Source: Macrostomum hystrix
Taxonomy: Eukaryota; Animalia; Platyhelminthes
Length of the DNA stretch: 64,000 bases
Reading direction: 5' to 3'
Assembly: GCA_950097015.1 (NCBI GenBank)
Contig: CATNEN010000031.1
Coordinates: forward strand, 2,356,001-2,420,000
Positions within the stretch are counted from its first letter, which is position 1; the number at the start of each line of letters is the position of its first letter. Of this stretch, positions 61,760-64,000 are shown in pieces. Position numbers and translations under genes: made by a program. The notes under the pieces were generated by a model that saw only the letters and a program-made list of their open reading frames with translations, did no database searches and had not been told where the DNA came from.

Positions 61760-62430
61760 ACCCCATCTGCTAGTACACCCACAACCTCATCTTCTTAACC
61801 TGCTAGTTCACCCACAGCCTCATCTTCTTAACCTGCTAGTTCACCCACAGCCTCATCTTCTTAACCTGCTAGTTCACCCACAGCCTCATCTTCTTAACCT
61901 GCTAGTTCACCCACAGCCTCATCTTCTTAACCTGCTAGTTCACCCACAGCCTCATCTTCTTAACCTGCTAGTTCACCCACAGCCTCATCTTCTTAACCTG
62001 CTAGTTCACCCACAGCCTCATCTTCTTAACCTGCTAGTTCACCCACAGCCTCATCTTCTTAACCTGCTAGTTCACCCACAGCCTCATCTTCTTAACCTGC
62101 TAGTTCACCCACAGCCTCATCTTCTTAACCTGCTAGTTCACCCACAGCCTCATCTTCTTAACCTGCTAGTTCACCCACAGCCTCATCTTCTTAACCTGCT
62201 AGTTCACCCACAACCTCATCTTCTTAACCTGCTAGTTCACCCACAGCCTCATCTTCTTAACCTGCTAGTTCACCCACAGCCTCATCTTCTTAACCTGCTA
62301 GTTCACCCACAGCCTCATCTTCTTAACCTGCTAGTTCACCCACAGCCTCATCTTCTTAACCTGCTAGTTCACCCACAGCCTCATCTTCTTAACCTGCTAG
62401 TTCACCCACAGCCTCATCTTCTTAACCAGC
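61760..62430. repeat. Minisatellite, 33-bp unit (CTGCTAGTTCACCCACAGCCTCATCTTCTTAAC), about 20 near-identical copies
   Basis: Direct periodicity; source of ORF 61701-62462. Confidence 0.97.
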
Positions 62431-62902
62431 TGGTGCACGTACAACCTCTTATATTGTTATGAAAATTGACTGTTTCTAATAATTTGCAGCTTGTATAACT
62501 CGTATATACCTTGACAAGAACATCAGCTCTTGTACTTTTAATATGTTTTGATTGGCTATTCTAGAATTACTGTTTTATCTCCCCTTACGAGAGATATAAT
62601 AATATTATAATACAGATAATACTTTGACTTGAATAATCTCAAACTGATGCCGGCATCTATAAGCACACACATTCCCACTGTCTGTTAGATTTTCGTTAAT
62701 GCCAATATCATTTTTGTTTTGTTTTTCTTAATTGAGTGTTGTCCTGTAGAAGTTGCTTTTCGTTGACATTTATTTAATGAAAAGTTGCCAGGTTTTTTCG
62801 TAGCCAACGAGTCTGTGTCACAATTGATAGAAGTGTAATACTATAATCTACACTTGAGTCTACACATTAATACTTAGAAATGTATGTGTATACGTGTATG
62901 TG

Positions 62903-63201
62903 TATATGAGAGAAGGAATGAGAGCGCGATCTCCGGCTGGAAGGCGGCAATCAAGCAGAAGTATGCCATTCATCCTCATCGGTTGCACTGGATAAGAATG
63001 TAATGGTGTAATGGTCATAACTATGTTATTCAGCGAATCGGCACAGCTTGTCAAACCTAAATTGCACGAGAGTTCTTCTGGCGCGGGCCTCTGCGGTCAG
63101 GTTGATGAAACTATCCGCATTGGCAGCGACCTCCTGCTTCATTGCCGCCTTCCAGCCGGAGATCGCGCTCTCAATCGCGCTCTCATTCCTTCTCTCATAT
63201 A
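62903..63201. mobile_element. MITE-like / foldback element, about 300 bp, with about 56-bp inverted arms in TA context
   Basis: Arm 62903-62958 (TATATGAGAGAAGGAATGAGAGCGCGATCTCCGGCTGGAAGGCGGCAAT...) is the reverse complement of 63134-63201, apart from a 12-bp internal duplication and about one mismatch. Confidence 0.7.
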
Positions 63202-63369
63202 TACAACTTCATTGCAGAAATGACAAATTTGAGTGCAAAAAGGTGTATTAGCTTGTACAATGAGCAATGAAATTATTCAGCTTGTATCGCTATTACTTAA
63301 CTTCGTCTGTCAATACAGTCGATTGAATAGTTATAGCCAACGTACTGACTATTGAATTGGGGCAATAAA

Positions 63370-64000
63370 AGCAAATGCACTCTGATGGATTGGGGTAATA
63401 ACAGCAAATGCACTGCTGATGGATTGGGAGTAATAACAGCAAATGCACTGCTGATGGGTTGGTCTAATAACAGCAAATGCACTGCTGATGGATTGGGATT
63501 AATAACAGCAAATGCACTGCTGATGGATTGGGGTAATAACAGCAAATGCACTGCTGATGGATTGGGATTAATAACAGCAAATGCACTGCTGATGGATTGG
63601 GGTAATAACAGCAAATGCACTGCTGATGGATTGGGGTAATAACAGCAAATGCACTGCTGATGGATTGGGAGTAATAACAGCAAATGCACTGCTGATGGAT
63701 TGGGATTAATAACAGCAAATACACTGCTGATGGATTGGGGTAATAACAGCAAATGCACTGCTGATGGATTGGGAGTAATAACAGCAAATGCACTGCTGAT
63801 GGATTGGGGTAATAACAGCAAATGCACTGCTGATGGATTGGGAGTAATAACAGCAAATGCACTGCTGATGGGTTGGTGTAAAAACAGCAAATGCACTGCT
63901 AATGGATTGGTGTAATAACAGCAAATGCACTGCTGATGGGTTGGTCTAATAACAGCAAATGCACTGCTGATGGGTTGGTGTAATAACAGCAAATGCACTG
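63370..64000. repeat. Minisatellite, 35-bp unit (AGCAAATGCACTGCTGATGGATTGGGRTAATAAC-like), continues past window end
   Basis: Direct periodicity. Confidence 0.95.

Overview
This is eukaryotic (animal) genomic DNA, not prokaryotic. It contains five intron-containing genes whose exons I could join through GT..AG junctions in consistent reading phase: RTN4IP1-like NAD(P)H oxidoreductase (minus, 19352-22523), AF9/ENL-like YEATS+AHD protein (plus, 26789-30588, first exon uncertain), CPEB2/3/4 (Orb2)-type RNA-binding protein (minus, 34246-51773), class I histone deacetylase HDAC1/2 (minus, 54239-58585) and a compact harmonin/USH1C-like PDZ protein (plus, 60220-61463). Roughly 40% of the window is tandem repeat: about 25 mostly unrelated mini/microsatellite arrays with 14-45 bp units. 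Nearly all the very long ORFs in the ORF track are artefacts of these arrays. Other elements are a decayed LINE 3' fragment, two tandem tRNA-derived SINE copies and two MITE-like inverted-repeat elements. The GC3-rich exons and dense dispersed minisatellites would fit a flatworm such as Macrostomum, but that is inference only. Best leads: (1) one minisatellite placed in inverted orientation in both introns flanking RTN4IP1 exon 2; (2) small introns apparently inflated by private minisatellites that stop about 35-95 nt short of the splice sites; (3) a possible hidden spliced gene threaded between the arrays at 3.4-10.2 kb. Exon coordinates were read by eye; array boundaries are approximate.
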